Source of the DNA: Candidatus Krumholzibacteriia bacterium
GTDB taxonomy: Bacteria; Krumholzibacteriota; Krumholzibacteriia; JAJRXK01
Assembly (NCBI GenBank): GCA_041484665.1
Contig: JBGPIA010000001.1
Location: 64,001 to 128,000, forward strand
Direction: 5' to 3'
Length of the DNA stretch: 64,000 bases
Shown one piece after another: positions 19,622 to 30,310 of this stretch. The notes beneath the pieces were generated by a model. That model saw only the letters and a program-made list of their open reading frames with translations, was not told the DNA's origin and did not search any database. A program made the translations under genes and the position numbers. How positions within the stretch are numbered: position 1 is the stretch's first letter; each line of letters opens with the position of its first letter.

Positions 19622-19776
19622 ACCCTCCCCCCCGCGCGTCCGATATGCTGGCGCCCGCGGCGTCGGGCGCGAAGGGCTGGACGCTCCGGCCGCCCCGCCG
19701 CCGGGGCCGCCCCACGGCGTACCCCCGCCCCGCGGCGCTCGACCGCTGCTGCCGAAGGGACCAGCCTGTGTGTTCC

Positions 19777-20430
19777 ATGCACTGGGACGGATCCAACGCG
19801 CAAGGCGCGCAACGCAGCGACGACGAGCTCCTCGCCGTCCTGCGGGCGCCTGGGCCCGAGGGACGAAGCAGCGACGACGACGCGCAGGCGCGCCGGAGCG
19901 CGCTCGAAACGCTCTTCGCGCGGTACCACCGCAAGGTCTACCACTGGTGCAACAAGCTGCTGGGCGATGCGGATCTCGCGGCCGACATGGTGCAGGAGGT
20001 GTTCCTCGAGCTGCTCGAGCGTCCGCGGCCCTACGTGGCCCGCCAACGCTTCGGCGCGTGGCTCTACGTCGCCACCCGCAACCGCTGCCTGAACGCCTTG
20101 AGGCGGCGCGGCCGGGAGCAGGGCGGCGACGAGAGAGTGGAGCTCGCGCTTAGCGCCGTTGTCGACGGGAGCGACCCGCATCGCGAGGCGGAGCAGGCCG
20201 AGCTCGCCCGCCGTCTCGACGACGCGTGCCGGCGTCTGCTGAGCCCAAGGGAGCAGGAGGTCTTCCACCTGCGCTACGTCCTGGGCCTGCGGGTCGCAGA
20301 AATCACCGCGGTCCTGGGATTGAGCAATGCCTCCGGCGCCCGGACGCACCTGCGATCCGCCGAGCAGAAGCTGCGGCGGGCGCTGGAGGATCTGCGGACC
20401 GGGCCGAGACCAGGGCAGCAGGAGGAATGA
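19777..20430 (+). CDS. ECF RNA polymerase sigma factor
   Basis: SDDELL, LFARYHRKVY, AADMVQEVFL, WLYVATRNRCLN, region 4 REQEVFHLRY. Confidence 0.9.
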   Translation: MHWDGSNAQGAQRSDDELLAVLRAPGPEGRSSDDDAQARRSALETLFARYHRKVYHWCNKLLGDADLAADMVQEVFLELLERPRPYVARQRFGAWLYVATRNRCLNALRRRGREQGGDERVELALSAVVDGSDPHREAEQAELARRLDDACRRLLSPREQEVFHLRYVLGLRVAEITAVLGLSNASGARTHLRSAEQKLRRALEDLRTGPRPGQQEE

Positions 20431-20433
20431 GGA

Positions 20434-21219
20434 ATGACGGGACAGGAAGCGATCGACCACCTGGAGCCAGCCACGCTGTTCGAGCTGTGCGCGGGCACCC
20501 TCGAGGCCGGCTCTGCCGCTCTCGCCCGCGCGCACCTGGCAACGTGTGGCGTGTGTCAGGCCGAGCTGGCGCTGGCGCTGGGGTTCGTGGACGCCAAGGA
20601 CGGGCCGCTCGCCCAGGACGTCGAGGACGCTCTGCGCGATCGGTTTGCGCGGGGGCTCGCGGACTCTCCCCGTGCCACACCCGGACGCGAGACGGGCGCA
20701 CCGGCCGTGCCGCCGCGCACCGCGGCCCGTCGTCGGCAGCGTCCCTTGGCGTGGCGCCCGGCCACGGCATGGCTGGTCGCGGCGTCGCTGGTCGTGGCCG
20801 GACTAGGCATCTGGAGGGTGACGCAAGACAGTGCGCTGCTCCACCCCAGCGGGCAGGTCCGTGCGCTGGGCGTGCCCGCGGCCTGGGACCTGACGGTCGA
20901 CACGGTGGCGGCGCAGGGCTGGCGCCTGCGCTGGACATCCCTGCCGCAGGCCACGACCTATCAGCTGCGCGTGCTCTCGGTGTCCGGCGAGGTGCTCCTG
21001 GAGCGCCCTGCTTCGCCGACCGGGGCGGAGATCCGTCGAGCAGAGCTGCCCGTGGCCTCAGGCGATCGTCCTGGGCTGCTCGTCCGCGCGGTCGCAACCG
21101 GCCCCGGTGGCTTCCGGCGGGAGAGCCCCCTGCACGAGCTCACAGCGCAGGCAGCCCCCGAGCATCCTGCCGTCCATCCGGACGAGCGCCCGGGAGTGGC
21201 CCCGGGCGGAGCTCGGTGA
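20434..21219 (+). CDS. Zinc-finger (zf-HC2) anti-sigma factor with TM helix
   Basis: HLATCGVC (HxxxCxxC), TM WLVAASLVVAGLGIW; directly after sigma. Confidence 0.82.
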   Translation: MTGQEAIDHLEPATLFELCAGTLEAGSAALARAHLATCGVCQAELALALGFVDAKDGPLAQDVEDALRDRFARGLADSPRATPGRETGAPAVPPRTAARRRQRPLAWRPATAWLVAASLVVAGLGIWRVTQDSALLHPSGQVRALGVPAAWDLTVDTVAAQGWRLRWTSLPQATTYQLRVLSVSGEVLLERPASPTGAEIRRAELPVASGDRPGLLVRAVATGPGGFRRESPLHELTAQAAPEHPAVHPDERPGVAPGGAR

Positions 21220-21297
21220 AATCGGAGGCGCTGGCTTCCCCCCGGTGCCGGGTGCGTGGGGACTGCGAGCGCGGGGCCCGCGCCGGCCGGTGGCGGG

Positions 21298-22341
21298 TCA
21301 ACGCCGGGCGCCGGCCCCCACGGACGCGTAGCGACGGCGCATGTCCTCCAGGGTCAGCTTGGGGACCTTGTCACCCCAACCGGCCTGGCCGAAGGCGATC
21401 ATGCGCTCCTTCACGACTTCCTTCATCGCCGCGCGGGCGGGCTTGAGGTAGGTGCGCGGATCGAACTCCTCGGGGTGCTCGGCGAAGACCTTGCGGATCG
21501 CTCCGGTGATCGCGAGCCGGTTGTCGGTGTCGACGTTGACCTTGCGCACGCCGTGCTGGATGCCGCGTCGGATCTCCTCGAGCGGCACGCCGTAGGTCTC
21601 GCCGATCTTCCCGCCGTGGCGGTTGATGACGTCGAGTAACTCCTTGGGCACGGAGCTGCTGCCGTGCATCACCATGTGGCAGTTGGGCAGGCGGCGGTGG
21701 ATCTCGGCGATGATGTCCATCTTGAGCACCTCGCCGGTGGGCTTGCGCTTGAACTTGTAGGCTCCGTGACTGGTGCCGATCGCGACGGCCAGCGCGTCGC
21801 AACCGGTCTCGGCCACGAACTGCTCCGCCTGCGCCGGATCGGTCAGGTGCGCCAGTGCCTGGTCCCCGGTGAGGCCCGCTCCGTGGCCGTCCTCGATGCC
21901 TCCCAGGCAGCCCAGCTCCGCCTCCACGGTCACACCGCGCGCGTGGGCGTGGTCCACGACCTGGCGTGTGACCTTGACGTTGTGCTCGTAGCTGGCCGGC
22001 GTCTTGGCATCCTCCATCAGCGAGCCGTCCATCATGCACGAGGTGAAGCCCTGCTCGATGGCGCTGAAGCAGGTCTGGGGGTTGTTGCCGTGGTCCTGGT
22101 GCATGGCCACAGGAATCTGCGGGTACAGCTCCACCGCCGCCAGCATCAGGTGGCGTAGGTAGTTGTCCTGGCTATAGCTCCGCGCGCCACGGCTGGCCTG
22201 GACGATCACGGCGGAATTGGTCTCGTGGGCCGCCTCCATGATCGACTGGATCTGCTCCATGTTGTTGACGTTGAACGCGCCGACCCCGTAGTCGTGCTCC
22301 GCCGCGTGATCGAGGAGGACGCGCATGGGAACGAGGGCCAT
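21298..22341 (-). CDS. fba: Fructose-bisphosphate aldolase class II
   Basis: [47 protein letters not shown]. Confidence 0.96.
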   Translation of the reverse strand: MALVPMRVLLDHAAEHDYGVGAFNVNNMEQIQSIMEAAHETNSAVIVQASRGARSYSQDNYLRHLMLAAVELYPQIPVAMHQDHGNNPQTCFSAIEQGFTSCMMDGSLMEDAKTPASYEHNVKVTRQVVDHAHARGVTVEAELGCLGGIEDGHGAGLTGDQALAHLTDPAQAEQFVAETGCDALAVAIGTSHGAYKFKRKPTGEVLKMDIIAEIHRRLPNCHMVMHGSSSVPKELLDVINRHGGKIGETYGVPLEEIRRGIQHGVRKVNVDTDNRLAITGAIRKVFAEHPEEFDPRTYLKPARAAMKEVVKERMIAFGQAGWGDKVPKLTLEDMRRRYASVGAGARR

Positions 22342-22708
22342 CGATGTCACCTCTCCGTCTGCCTGAGGCTCTGCCTGCCAGCTGCTCGCCGGCCGCCGGT
22401 CCCGGGTCCCGGCTGCGGGACGCGGCCGGGGCGGCGGACGACCATTCTAGACGATGGCGTCCCGGGTGCCCTTGCGCAAACTCAAGCCGGGCCGCGTCCG
22501 GGGCGCCCTGCACTCCGATCCGCCACCGCGGGCCAAAATCGTGCGTGACAACATACTCCTGCCCGCAGTAGCATGGAATCCGCTGCCGGGGTGATGTCCC
22601 CCGTCCCGGGTCCTCTCTCCTCCCCGAGCGGGTTTGCCTGGCCCCAGGCCCTCCGTCGGCAGCTTGGACGCGTCCCCCTGCAACACCTCGAACCACAGGA
22701 AGCATCCC

Positions 22709-23203
22709 ATGCCCAATCGCTCTCGTATCGCATTCGCTCTGGTTGCGATCGCTCTCATGTCCGTGCTCGGCGCCGGAATGGCAGGCGCAACCCTCTACCT
22801 GCTCCACGCGCAGGCCGATGGGCCCCACGAGACTCCCGCCAACGCCTCCCCCGCAGTCGCGTCGGCGGATTTCACGCTCGATGACGTAACCTACCAGCTC
22901 ACCTGGGACATCACGTACGGGGGCCTGCTGGCTGCACCGACGGCCTCGCACGTTCACTCGGGCGCGCCGGGCATCCCCGGCCCCGTCATCCAGGGCATCG
23001 GCCTCCCGACGGGAGGACACTACTTCGGCTCGGTCATCACCACACTCAGCGTGGCCGCGCAGATGCTCGGCGGCGGCACCTACTTCAACCTGCACACCCA
23101 GGTGTACCCTGGGGGCGAGATCCGCGGGCAGATCGCCATCGTGCCGGTACCGGTCGAGTCGCCGAGCTGGGGCGCGGTGAAGGCTCTCTACGACGCGAAG
23201 TAA
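22709..23203 (+). CDS. Secreted CHRD-domain protein with SWGAVKALY tail
   Basis: Signal peptide; PTASHVHSG, YFNLHTQVYPGGEIRGQI CHRD motif. Confidence 0.88.
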   Translation: MPNRSRIAFALVAIALMSVLGAGMAGATLYLLHAQADGPHETPANASPAVASADFTLDDVTYQLTWDITYGGLLAAPTASHVHSGAPGIPGPVIQGIGLPTGGHYFGSVITTLSVAAQMLGGGTYFNLHTQVYPGGEIRGQIAIVPVPVESPSWGAVKALYDAK

Positions 23204-23411
23204 TACCAGGCGGCGGACGCCCGCATCTGGGCGTGCCGTGCAATCGCTTCGGCCGCCGATCCACATGGATCGGCGGCTGCCGAACGCTCGCCCTCGCAGC
23301 CCCCGCCGCCTCGCTCTCGCGCTCCCTCGCCCCCATCGGCCGCCGCCGCTGCGGCCGCGCGAAGCGTGAGGCTGCGGCAAGGTCGGGCTGCGCGCGGCGC
23401 GGTCCGTGGGA

Positions 23412-24308
23412 TCAGCCTGCAGGTGACGCCGCTCCCACGTGACGGCGGGCGTGGTAGCTGCTGCGCACGAACGGACCGCTTTCCACGTGCAGGAAGCCCT
23501 GGGCTCGCGCGTGCTCGCCAAGCCGCTCGAACTCTTGCGGACTGTAGTAGCGCTCGATGGGCAGATGTCGCGCAGTCGGCTGGAGGTACTGGCCGACGGT
23601 GAGAACGTCGACCCCCGCCTCCCGCAGCCGGCGGAAGGTGTCGAGCAGCTCGGGCTCGGTTTCGCCGAGCCCCACCATCACGCCGCTCTTGGTGCGTTGG
23701 ATGCGCGCCGGGCGGGCGGCCGCCGCGCGCCGCAGCAGTTGCACGGAGCGCGCGAATTCGCTGCCATGGCGGGCGCGCGCGTAGAGCCTTGGCACGGTCT
23801 CCACGTTGTGGTTGAGCACTTCGGGACGCGCATCCAACACCACTTCCAGAGCGTCCCAGTTCCCGCCGAAGTCGGGCACGAGCACCTCCACTGCGCAGTC
23901 CGGGTTGCGACGGCGGATCGCCGCGATGGTGCGGGCGAACTGCGCCGCGCCACCATCGGGCAGATCGTCGCGGTCCACGCTGGTGACGACGGCATGGCGC
24001 AACTCGAGACGCGCCACGGCCTCGGCAACATGTTCGGGCTCGAGGGGGTCTAGCGCGGTGGTCACCCCCTTGCCCACGGCGCAAAAGCCGCAGTGCCGCG
24101 TGCACACCGCGCCCAGGAGCATGAAGGTGGCCGTGCGCTGCGCCCAGCATTCGAAGAGGTTCGGGCAGCGCGCCTCTTCGCACACGGTGTGCAGGCGCAG
24201 CTCGCGCATCATCTCCGTGACGCCGGCTTGAGCTTGCGCGTCGTGCAAGCGGACCTTCAGCCACGGCGGGCGCACTGCGGCGCGCTCGGCCAGGGTCCTA
24301 CGCGGCAT
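23412..24308 (-). CDS. lipA: Lipoyl synthase
   Basis: CEEARCPNLFEC, CTRHCGFC, NHNVETV, RSSYHA. Confidence 0.96.
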   Translation of the reverse strand: MPRRTLAERAAVRPPWLKVRLHDAQAQAGVTEMMRELRLHTVCEEARCPNLFECWAQRTATFMLLGAVCTRHCGFCAVGKGVTTALDPLEPEHVAEAVARLELRHAVVTSVDRDDLPDGGAAQFARTIAAIRRRNPDCAVEVLVPDFGGNWDALEVVLDARPEVLNHNVETVPRLYARARHGSEFARSVQLLRRAAAARPARIQRTKSGVMVGLGETEPELLDTFRRLREAGVDVLTVGQYLQPTARHLPIERYYSPQEFERLGEHARAQGFLHVESGPFVRSSYHARRHVGAASPAG

Positions 24309-25002
24309 CGCTCCTCCGGTTGTCTTTGGCTCCGCCCTCCACCATGCGGCGCTGGAACACCGCCCCGAAACGGACAATCAGCCGCTCCTCGACCGCCTCC
24401 AGCGCGAGGTTGTGCCCCAGCAGGCGCTGCATCGAGGTCACACCTTTGTCCGGGATCCCGCAAGGGACGATCGTCTGGAAATACGAGAGATCCGGCGCGA
24501 CGTTCAGCGCGAAGCCGTGGCTGGTGATCCAGCGGCTCAGCCGCACCCCGATCGCCGCGATCTTCTCGTCCCCCACCCACACTCCGGTGTAGTCGGGTAG
24601 GCGCCCAGCGCGGATCCCGAAATCGGCCAGCGTCAGCACCAGCACCTCCTCCAGGTCGCGCAGGTAGCGATGCGCATCGCGCCGTCCCTCCTGCAGAAGC
24701 AGGATCGGGTAGCCCACGACCTGCCCTGGGCCGTGGTAGGTGACGTCGCCCCCACGCGAGGTGGGCACGAGGTCGAGGCCGCGCCGAGCGCGCTCCTGCT
24801 CGTCGAGCAGGACGTGCGCGTCACTCGCCGCGCTACCCAGCGTGACCACGTGCGGGTGCTCGAGCAGCAACAGCATGTCGGGGATCGTCCCCTCGCGGCG
24901 CAGCCGGACCATCCCGTCCTGCATCGCAAGGGCGTCTCGGTACTCGATGCGGCCCAGCCGCCGCACCTTGCACACCGGCAGATCCGGTTGCGACTGCGGC
25001 AT
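24298..25002 (-). CDS. lipB: Lipoyl(octanoyl) transferase
   Basis: LLEHPHVVTLG, RGGDVTYHGPGQ, KIAAIG, HGFALNV, IVPCG. Confidence 0.95.
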   Translation of the reverse strand: MPQSQPDLPVCKVRRLGRIEYRDALAMQDGMVRLRREGTIPDMLLLLEHPHVVTLGSAASDAHVLLDEQERARRGLDLVPTSRGGDVTYHGPGQVVGYPILLLQEGRRDAHRYLRDLEEVLVLTLADFGIRAGRLPDYTGVWVGDEKIAAIGVRLSRWITSHGFALNVAPDLSYFQTIVPCGIPDKGVTSMQRLLGHNLALEAVEERLIVRFGAVFQRRMVEGGAKDNRRSDAA

Positions 25003-25004
25003 GG

Positions 25005-26492
25005 CTACAGCGCCGTCTCGTCGAAGCCCTCCAGGCTGCGCGTCAGCGTGCTCAGGAACTGCTCCGCCGTCGCGCCATCCACCAGACGGTGATCGTAACC
25101 GAGCGAGACGTACATTTTGGGCCGGATGGCGATCATGTCGTCGACGACGCACACGCGCTTCTCCACCTTGCCCATCCCCAGGATCGCCACGTTGGGCTGG
25201 TTGATGACGGGCATCCCGATCAGCCCGCCGTAACTTCCCGGATTGGTTACCGAGAAGGTCGCGCCCTGGACCTCCTCGGGGCGCAGTTTCTTCGCTCGCG
25301 CCCGCGCCGCCAGATCGCCGATCGCCTTGGCGATGCCGGTCATGGACAGATCCTGGGCGCGGTGGATGACCGGCACGATCAGCCCCCACTCCAACGAAAC
25401 CGCCAGTCCGATGTTCACGTCGCCGTGATAGATGACCTCGGCGCCGCGCACCGAGGCATTGACCAGGGGAACGGCGCGCAGCGCGTCCACCACAGCCTTG
25501 AGCATGAACACCGTGTACGTGAGCTTCGCCCCGCCAGACGACTCTAGGAAGCGCTCCTTGTGCGCTCTGCGGAGCGCCTCTACGCGACTCATGTCCACCT
25601 CGTAGAGCGTGTGAACGTGGGGAGAGGTATGCTTGGAGAACACCATGTGGTCGGCGATGCGCTGGCGCATCACGCTCATGGGCTCCACGCGGTCGTTGGG
25701 CCCCACCTGCGCGATCCAGGCCGCAGACACGCTCAAGGGCGGCGCGAGCGGCGCCACTCCCGCAGCGGCGGGCCCCGCAGCAGGCGCCACGGCGCCCAAC
25801 GCCCCGGTCGCGCCGCCCGCCGCAGCCATCGGCTGTGCGCTCGCGCCGGCGGTCTTCTGGCGCTCGAGGTATTGGAGTATGTCCTCCTTGGTCACGCGCC
25901 CGTGGATGCCCGTTCCAGTGACCCGGGTAATGTCGACGCCCTGCTCGGCGGCGATCTTGCGCACCACGGGGGAGCTGAGCCGGCGGATCCGTTCCTCACG
26001 CGACAGTTCCCCGGCTGCGCCAGCGGCCGGCGCCGGCGCGGGCAACGTGGCGGCCACAGCAGCGCGTGCGGCCGAGGGCGTCGGCGCGGCTGACGCCGCA
26101 GCGCGCGCCGCAGGCGGGGGAGCGGGTGACGCCGCAGACGGGGGCACAGGCCCCGCAGCAGGGCGAGCCGCCGCACCCGAGACCGCAGCGGACAGCGTGC
26201 CCGGCGACGGCGATGGCGGCGCGGCGGCGGCCGGCCGCGCGGCGCCCGCCTCAGCAGCGGCGCCGATGCGCGCGACCACCGTGTTGATGCCGACCGTCTG
26301 GCCCTCGGGGACGATGATCTCCAGCAACGTGCCCGCTGCCGGCGAGGGGATCTCGGCATCGACCTTGTCCGTGGAGATCTCGAACAGCGGCTCATCGCGC
26401 TCGACCAGGTCGCCGAGCTTCTTGAGCCACTTGGTGACGGTGCCCTCGGCGATGCTCTCCCCCATTTGCGGCATGATAACGTCGGTTGCCAT
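25005..26492 (-). CDS. Dihydrolipoamide acyltransferase (E2) of a 2-oxoacid dehydrogenase
   Basis: Lipoyl domain STDKVDAE, E3-binding GTGIHGRVTKED, catalytic DHRLVDG. Confidence 0.94.
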   Translation of the reverse strand: MATDVIMPQMGESIAEGTVTKWLKKLGDLVERDEPLFEISTDKVDAEIPSPAAGTLLEIIVPEGQTVGINTVVARIGAAAEAGAARPAAAAPPSPSPGTLSAAVSGAAARPAAGPVPPSAASPAPPPAARAAASAAPTPSAARAAVAATLPAPAPAAGAAGELSREERIRRLSSPVVRKIAAEQGVDITRVTGTGIHGRVTKEDILQYLERQKTAGASAQPMAAAGGATGALGAVAPAAGPAAAGVAPLAPPLSVSAAWIAQVGPNDRVEPMSVMRQRIADHMVFSKHTSPHVHTLYEVDMSRVEALRRAHKERFLESSGGAKLTYTVFMLKAVVDALRAVPLVNASVRGAEVIYHGDVNIGLAVSLEWGLIVPVIHRAQDLSMTGIAKAIGDLAARARAKKLRPEEVQGATFSVTNPGSYGGLIGMPVINQPNVAILGMGKVEKRVCVVDDMIAIRPKMYVSLGYDHRLVDGATAEQFLSTLTRSLEGFDETAL

Positions 26493-26551
26493 GTATCCTC
26501 CTGGTCCGGGCCGGCCCCGCGCGCCCGCGGCGGCTTGGGCCTGCTGGGTCG

Positions 26552-27532
26552 CTAGTAGGCGGCGAGTCTGCGCGCCGCGTCGAGCACCTTGTCCGCCGAC
26601 GGCAGGAAGGCGTCCTCCAGCGGCGGGCTGTACGGAACGGGGGTGTCGGGCGCAGTCACCCGGAGCACGGGAGCGTCGAGCCACTCAAAGGCCGACTCGC
26701 AGACGCGCGCCGCCAGCTCGCCGGCCAGCCCGCCGGTCCGCGTGTCCTCGTGCACGAGCAGGATCCGCCCGGTCCGGCGCGCCGCGCCCAGGATCGCCTC
26801 GTCGTCGAGCGGGCTGAGCGTGCGCAGGTCGATCACCTCGGCCTCCGCGCCATCCTCACGCGACAGACGCTCGGCGGCCTCCAGCGCCACGTGCACCATC
26901 GCGCCGTAGGTGAGGATCGCCAGATCGTCGCCGGCGCGGCGCGAGGCCGCCCGCCCGATCGGCGTGAGGATCTCCTCATCCTCGCCCAGATCCTCCTTGA
27001 GGCGCCGGTAGAGGAACTTGTGCTCCAGGTAGATCACCGGGTCCGGATCGCGGACGGCAGACTTGAGCAGCCCCTTGGCGTCGCGCACGGTGGCCGGCTG
27101 CACGATTTTCAGCCCCGGCGTGTGGGCGAACCAGGCCTCGACATTCTGGCTGTGGAAGGGTCCGCCGTGCACGCCCCCCCCGCTGGGGCCGCGGATCACC
27201 AGGGAAACCCCGGCGCCCCAGCGGTAGCGCGCCTTGGCGGCGAAGTTCGTGATCATGTTGAATGCCAGGCCGATGAAGTCGATGAACTGCATCTCGACGA
27301 TCGGGCGCATGCCCAGCAGCGCGGCGCCGATCGCGCAGCCGACGATGGCCGACTCGCTGATCGGCGTGTCGCGGACGCGCTCCGGGCCGAAACGCTCGAG
27401 CATCCCCGCGGACACGCGGAACGCGCCGCCGTAGGTCCCTACGTCCTGCCCAAGCAGGAACACCGCCGGGTCGCGCTCCAGCTCTTCCCAGATGGCCTGG
27501 CGGATCGCTTCGACGTAGGTCACGACAGCCAT
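26552..27532 (-). CDS. 2-oxoacid dehydrogenase E1 beta subunit
   Basis: DTPISESAIVG, EMQFIDF, HSQNVEAWF, DLRTLSPLD. Confidence 0.94.
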   Translation of the reverse strand: MAVVTYVEAIRQAIWEELERDPAVFLLGQDVGTYGGAFRVSAGMLERFGPERVRDTPISESAIVGCAIGAALLGMRPIVEMQFIDFIGLAFNMITNFAAKARYRWGAGVSLVIRGPSGGGVHGGPFHSQNVEAWFAHTPGLKIVQPATVRDAKGLLKSAVRDPDPVIYLEHKFLYRRLKEDLGEDEEILTPIGRAASRRAGDDLAILTYGAMVHVALEAAERLSREDGAEAEVIDLRTLSPLDDEAILGAARRTGRILLVHEDTRTGGLAGELAARVCESAFEWLDAPVLRVTAPDTPVPYSPPLEDAFLPSADKVLDAARRLAAY

Positions 27533-28575
27533 CCACTGCTCCCCTGCGCGAGCCGCGCCGCGCCGCGCGGGTCGCCATCGCCCGCGACCACGCCGCCCCG
27601 GGCCAGGGCTGCGTCCGGGAACGGGCTGCTCAGCGCGAACTCGGCGTCGGCTTCGAGCTCGGCGCGAATGGGCTCGGTCATGGCGTCCAATTGCTGCTCG
27701 CTGGCGAAGCCGTTGACCACCAGATAGCGGCGCAGGCGCGCGATCGGGTCGCGCGCGCGCCAGTACTCCACCAGCTCGAGAGGCACGTAGCCCGCGTCGT
27801 CATGCTCGGCGTGCCCCCTCATCCGGAAGGTCACCGCCTCGATCAGTGTCGGCCCCTCGCCGCGCCGCGCCCGGTGCACCGCGCGCGCCGTGGCGTGGTA
27901 CACCGCGATCACGTCGTTGCCGTCGACACGGTCGCCGCGCACGCCGTAGCCCTGCGCCCGGTCGACGATCCGGGAGTTGGCCATCTGCATCCCGGTGGGC
28001 GTGCTGTAGGCGTAGCCGTTGTTCTCCACGACCAGGATGAACGGCAGCTTCCACGCCGCCGCGAGATTGAGCCCCTCGTGGAAGTCACCGGTGGAAGTGC
28101 CGCCGTCGCCGATCCAGGTGAGGGCGACGTGATCCTCGCCGCGCATCTTCGCCGCCAGCGCCATTCCGGCGAGGACGGGAATGAGCGCGCCAAGCATGCT
28201 GATGGGCGCCACACAGTCGCGCTGCAGGTCACCGAAATGGAGGTTCACGTCGCGGCCGAATGTCGGCCCGGCGGCGCGCGCCATGTACTGGCAGAAGATC
28301 TCCCGCGGGCGGATCCCCTTGACCAGCAGGCTGCCGAGATTGCGGATCATCGGGCCGATCTTGTCCCCAGGACGGAGCGCGTAGGCGCTGCCGACGGAGG
28401 TCGCCTCCTGCCCGAAGCTGCTGTAGAGGCCGCCCACGATCTTGCCCTGGCGGTACAGCTTGCCGAGGCGATCTTCGACCAGGCGGTTCATGAGCATGAA
28501 CCGGTAGAGCTCTAGCAGCTGCTTCTCGCTGAGGCGGGCGGTGGTGTGTCGCAGCAGGTCGGGCGGGGCGTCCAT
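27520..28575 (-). CDS. 2-oxoacid dehydrogenase E1 alpha subunit (TPP-dependent)
   Basis: GQEA, GDGGTSTGDFHEGLN...ENN TPP motif, RMRGHAEHDD. Confidence 0.93.
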   Translation of the reverse strand: MDAPPDLLRHTTARLSEKQLLELYRFMLMNRLVEDRLGKLYRQGKIVGGLYSSFGQEATSVGSAYALRPGDKIGPMIRNLGSLLVKGIRPREIFCQYMARAAGPTFGRDVNLHFGDLQRDCVAPISMLGALIPVLAGMALAAKMRGEDHVALTWIGDGGTSTGDFHEGLNLAAAWKLPFILVVENNGYAYSTPTGMQMANSRIVDRAQGYGVRGDRVDGNDVIAVYHATARAVHRARRGEGPTLIEAVTFRMRGHAEHDDAGYVPLELVEYWRARDPIARLRRYLVVNGFASEQQLDAMTEPIRAELEADAEFALSSPFPDAALARGGVVAGDGDPRGAARLAQGSSGWLS

Positions 28576-28598
28576 GGGCTCGTGCGGGTCCCGGCCGC

Positions 28599-29999
28599 TC
28601 AGAAGGCCAGCGGATGCCCAGCGGCAGCATGGCTCGCCTCGGCCATCCCCTCCGCGAGCGTGGGGTGCGGGTGCACGATGCGCGAGAGCTCCTCGTTGGT
28701 GGCCTCCAGGCCCAGCAGCGCGCACGCCTCGCCGATCAGATCGGTGGCGTGCGGCCCGATGATGTGCACGCCCAGCAGCTCGTCATACCTGCACTCCCTG
28801 ACCAGCTTGATGAAACCGCCCGCCTCGCCCAGGATGCGCGCCTTGCCGCTGGCGGCCCACGGGAAGCTGGCGGCCACGACGTCGTAGCCCCGGGCTTTCG
28901 CCGCCGCTTCGGTGAGCCCAATGCTGGCCACCTCGGGGTGGCAGTACGTGCAACCGGGGATCTTGTCGTAGTCCAGCGGCCGCGTGGGAACGCCGGCGAT
29001 GGTCTCGGCCGCGACGATCCCTTCGGCCGACGCCACGTGGGCCAGCCACGGGGTGTTGACGAGATCGCCGATGGCGTAGACCCCCGGGAGACTGGCGCGC
29101 ATGTTGCCGTCGACCATGACGTAGCCCTTCTCGAGCGCCACCCCGGTCTCCTCCAACCCACAGTTCTCGCTGTTGGGGGCGCGCCCCACCGCCACCAGCA
29201 GCACGTCGACTGCCAGCGCCTGCTCCTGCTTGCCCTGCTCGAGCAGCAGCTGCACGGCGTTGCCTTCGACCGTCGCGGACTTCAGAGTCGCGTTGGTGCG
29301 CACCTCGATGCCCTGCTTCTTGAAGGCGCGCGCCAGCTCCGCGCTCACGTCCTCGTCCTCGATGGGCAGTACGCGCGGGAGCATCTCGATCAAGGTCGTC
29401 TTGCTGCCGAAGCGCGCGAAGATCGAGGCGAACTCGGTGCCTACGGCACCCGCGCCGAGCACCGCCAGCCGCCGCGGGACGTCCTGGATCTGCAGGATGT
29501 GATCGCTGGAGAGGATGCGGCGGCCATCCGTAGGGAACGCGCGCATCTCACGCGGGCGGCTGCCCATCGCCAGGATGATGCCCTTGCGTGACCGGAGGCT
29601 GCGCGCCTTGCCGCTCTCGGTCACCTCCACCGTGGAGGGGCCGGTGAGCCGCCCGCGACCGCGCTCCACGCTGATCTTGTGCTTCTTGAAGAGGAACTCC
29701 ACGCCCTTGGCGTTCTTGCTGACGGCGTCGTCCTTGCTGCGCATCACGGCGGGGAAGTCGATTGTGGCGTCGCCGACGCGCACGCCGCACCGCCCAGCGT
29801 CCCGGATCTGTGTCAGCAGGTCGGCGGCGTGCAGCATCACTTTGGTGGGGATGCAACCCCTCAGCAGGCAAGTGCCCCCCAGACGATCGTCGAACTCGAC
29901 GACCGCCGTGCTGAGACCCAATTGCGCACCCCGGATCGCCGCCACGTAACCGCCGGGTCCGCTTCCGATCACGACCAGGTCGTACTCGCGGTCTGCCAC
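28599..29999 (-). CDS. lpdA: Dihydrolipoyl dehydrogenase (E3)
   Basis: GSGPGGYVAAIR, GGTCLLRGCIPTK, HPHPTLAE; GTG start with AAGGAG upstream. Confidence 0.96.
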   Translation of the reverse strand: MADREYDLVVIGSGPGGYVAAIRGAQLGLSTAVVEFDDRLGGTCLLRGCIPTKVMLHAADLLTQIRDAGRCGVRVGDATIDFPAVMRSKDDAVSKNAKGVEFLFKKHKISVERGRGRLTGPSTVEVTESGKARSLRSRKGIILAMGSRPREMRAFPTDGRRILSSDHILQIQDVPRRLAVLGAGAVGTEFASIFARFGSKTTLIEMLPRVLPIEDEDVSAELARAFKKQGIEVRTNATLKSATVEGNAVQLLLEQGKQEQALAVDVLLVAVGRAPNSENCGLEETGVALEKGYVMVDGNMRASLPGVYAIGDLVNTPWLAHVASAEGIVAAETIAGVPTRPLDYDKIPGCTYCHPEVASIGLTEAAAKARGYDVVAASFPWAASGKARILGEAGGFIKLVRECRYDELLGVHIIGPHATDLIGEACALLGLEATNEELSRIVHPHPTLAEGMAEASHAAAGHPLAF

Positions 30000-30310
30000 C
30001 TCAGTGCTCCTTCTACCGCGCGTAGAGGGATTTCCAGCCGACCCGCCCGCGTTGGACGACCGCAGGCGGCTGGCCGGGCCTAAGGTATCACGAAATCGGC
30101 ACCTGCCAATGGCTGGAGGGGCTATTGGTTCCGACCAGTACGATCCGGATCTTGTCTTGATTGGTGCCAGGGGACGCACCGGCAGGACTCCGCCCCGGCC
30201 ACGCGCGCCACGGGAATGCCGTCGATTGACCGCTGCGCTGCGTGGGCCTAAACTGTCCCCCGCCTCTGCCTCCCCCGACCGCCGCTCCCCACCGCCTCGA
30301 AGGAGATGCC

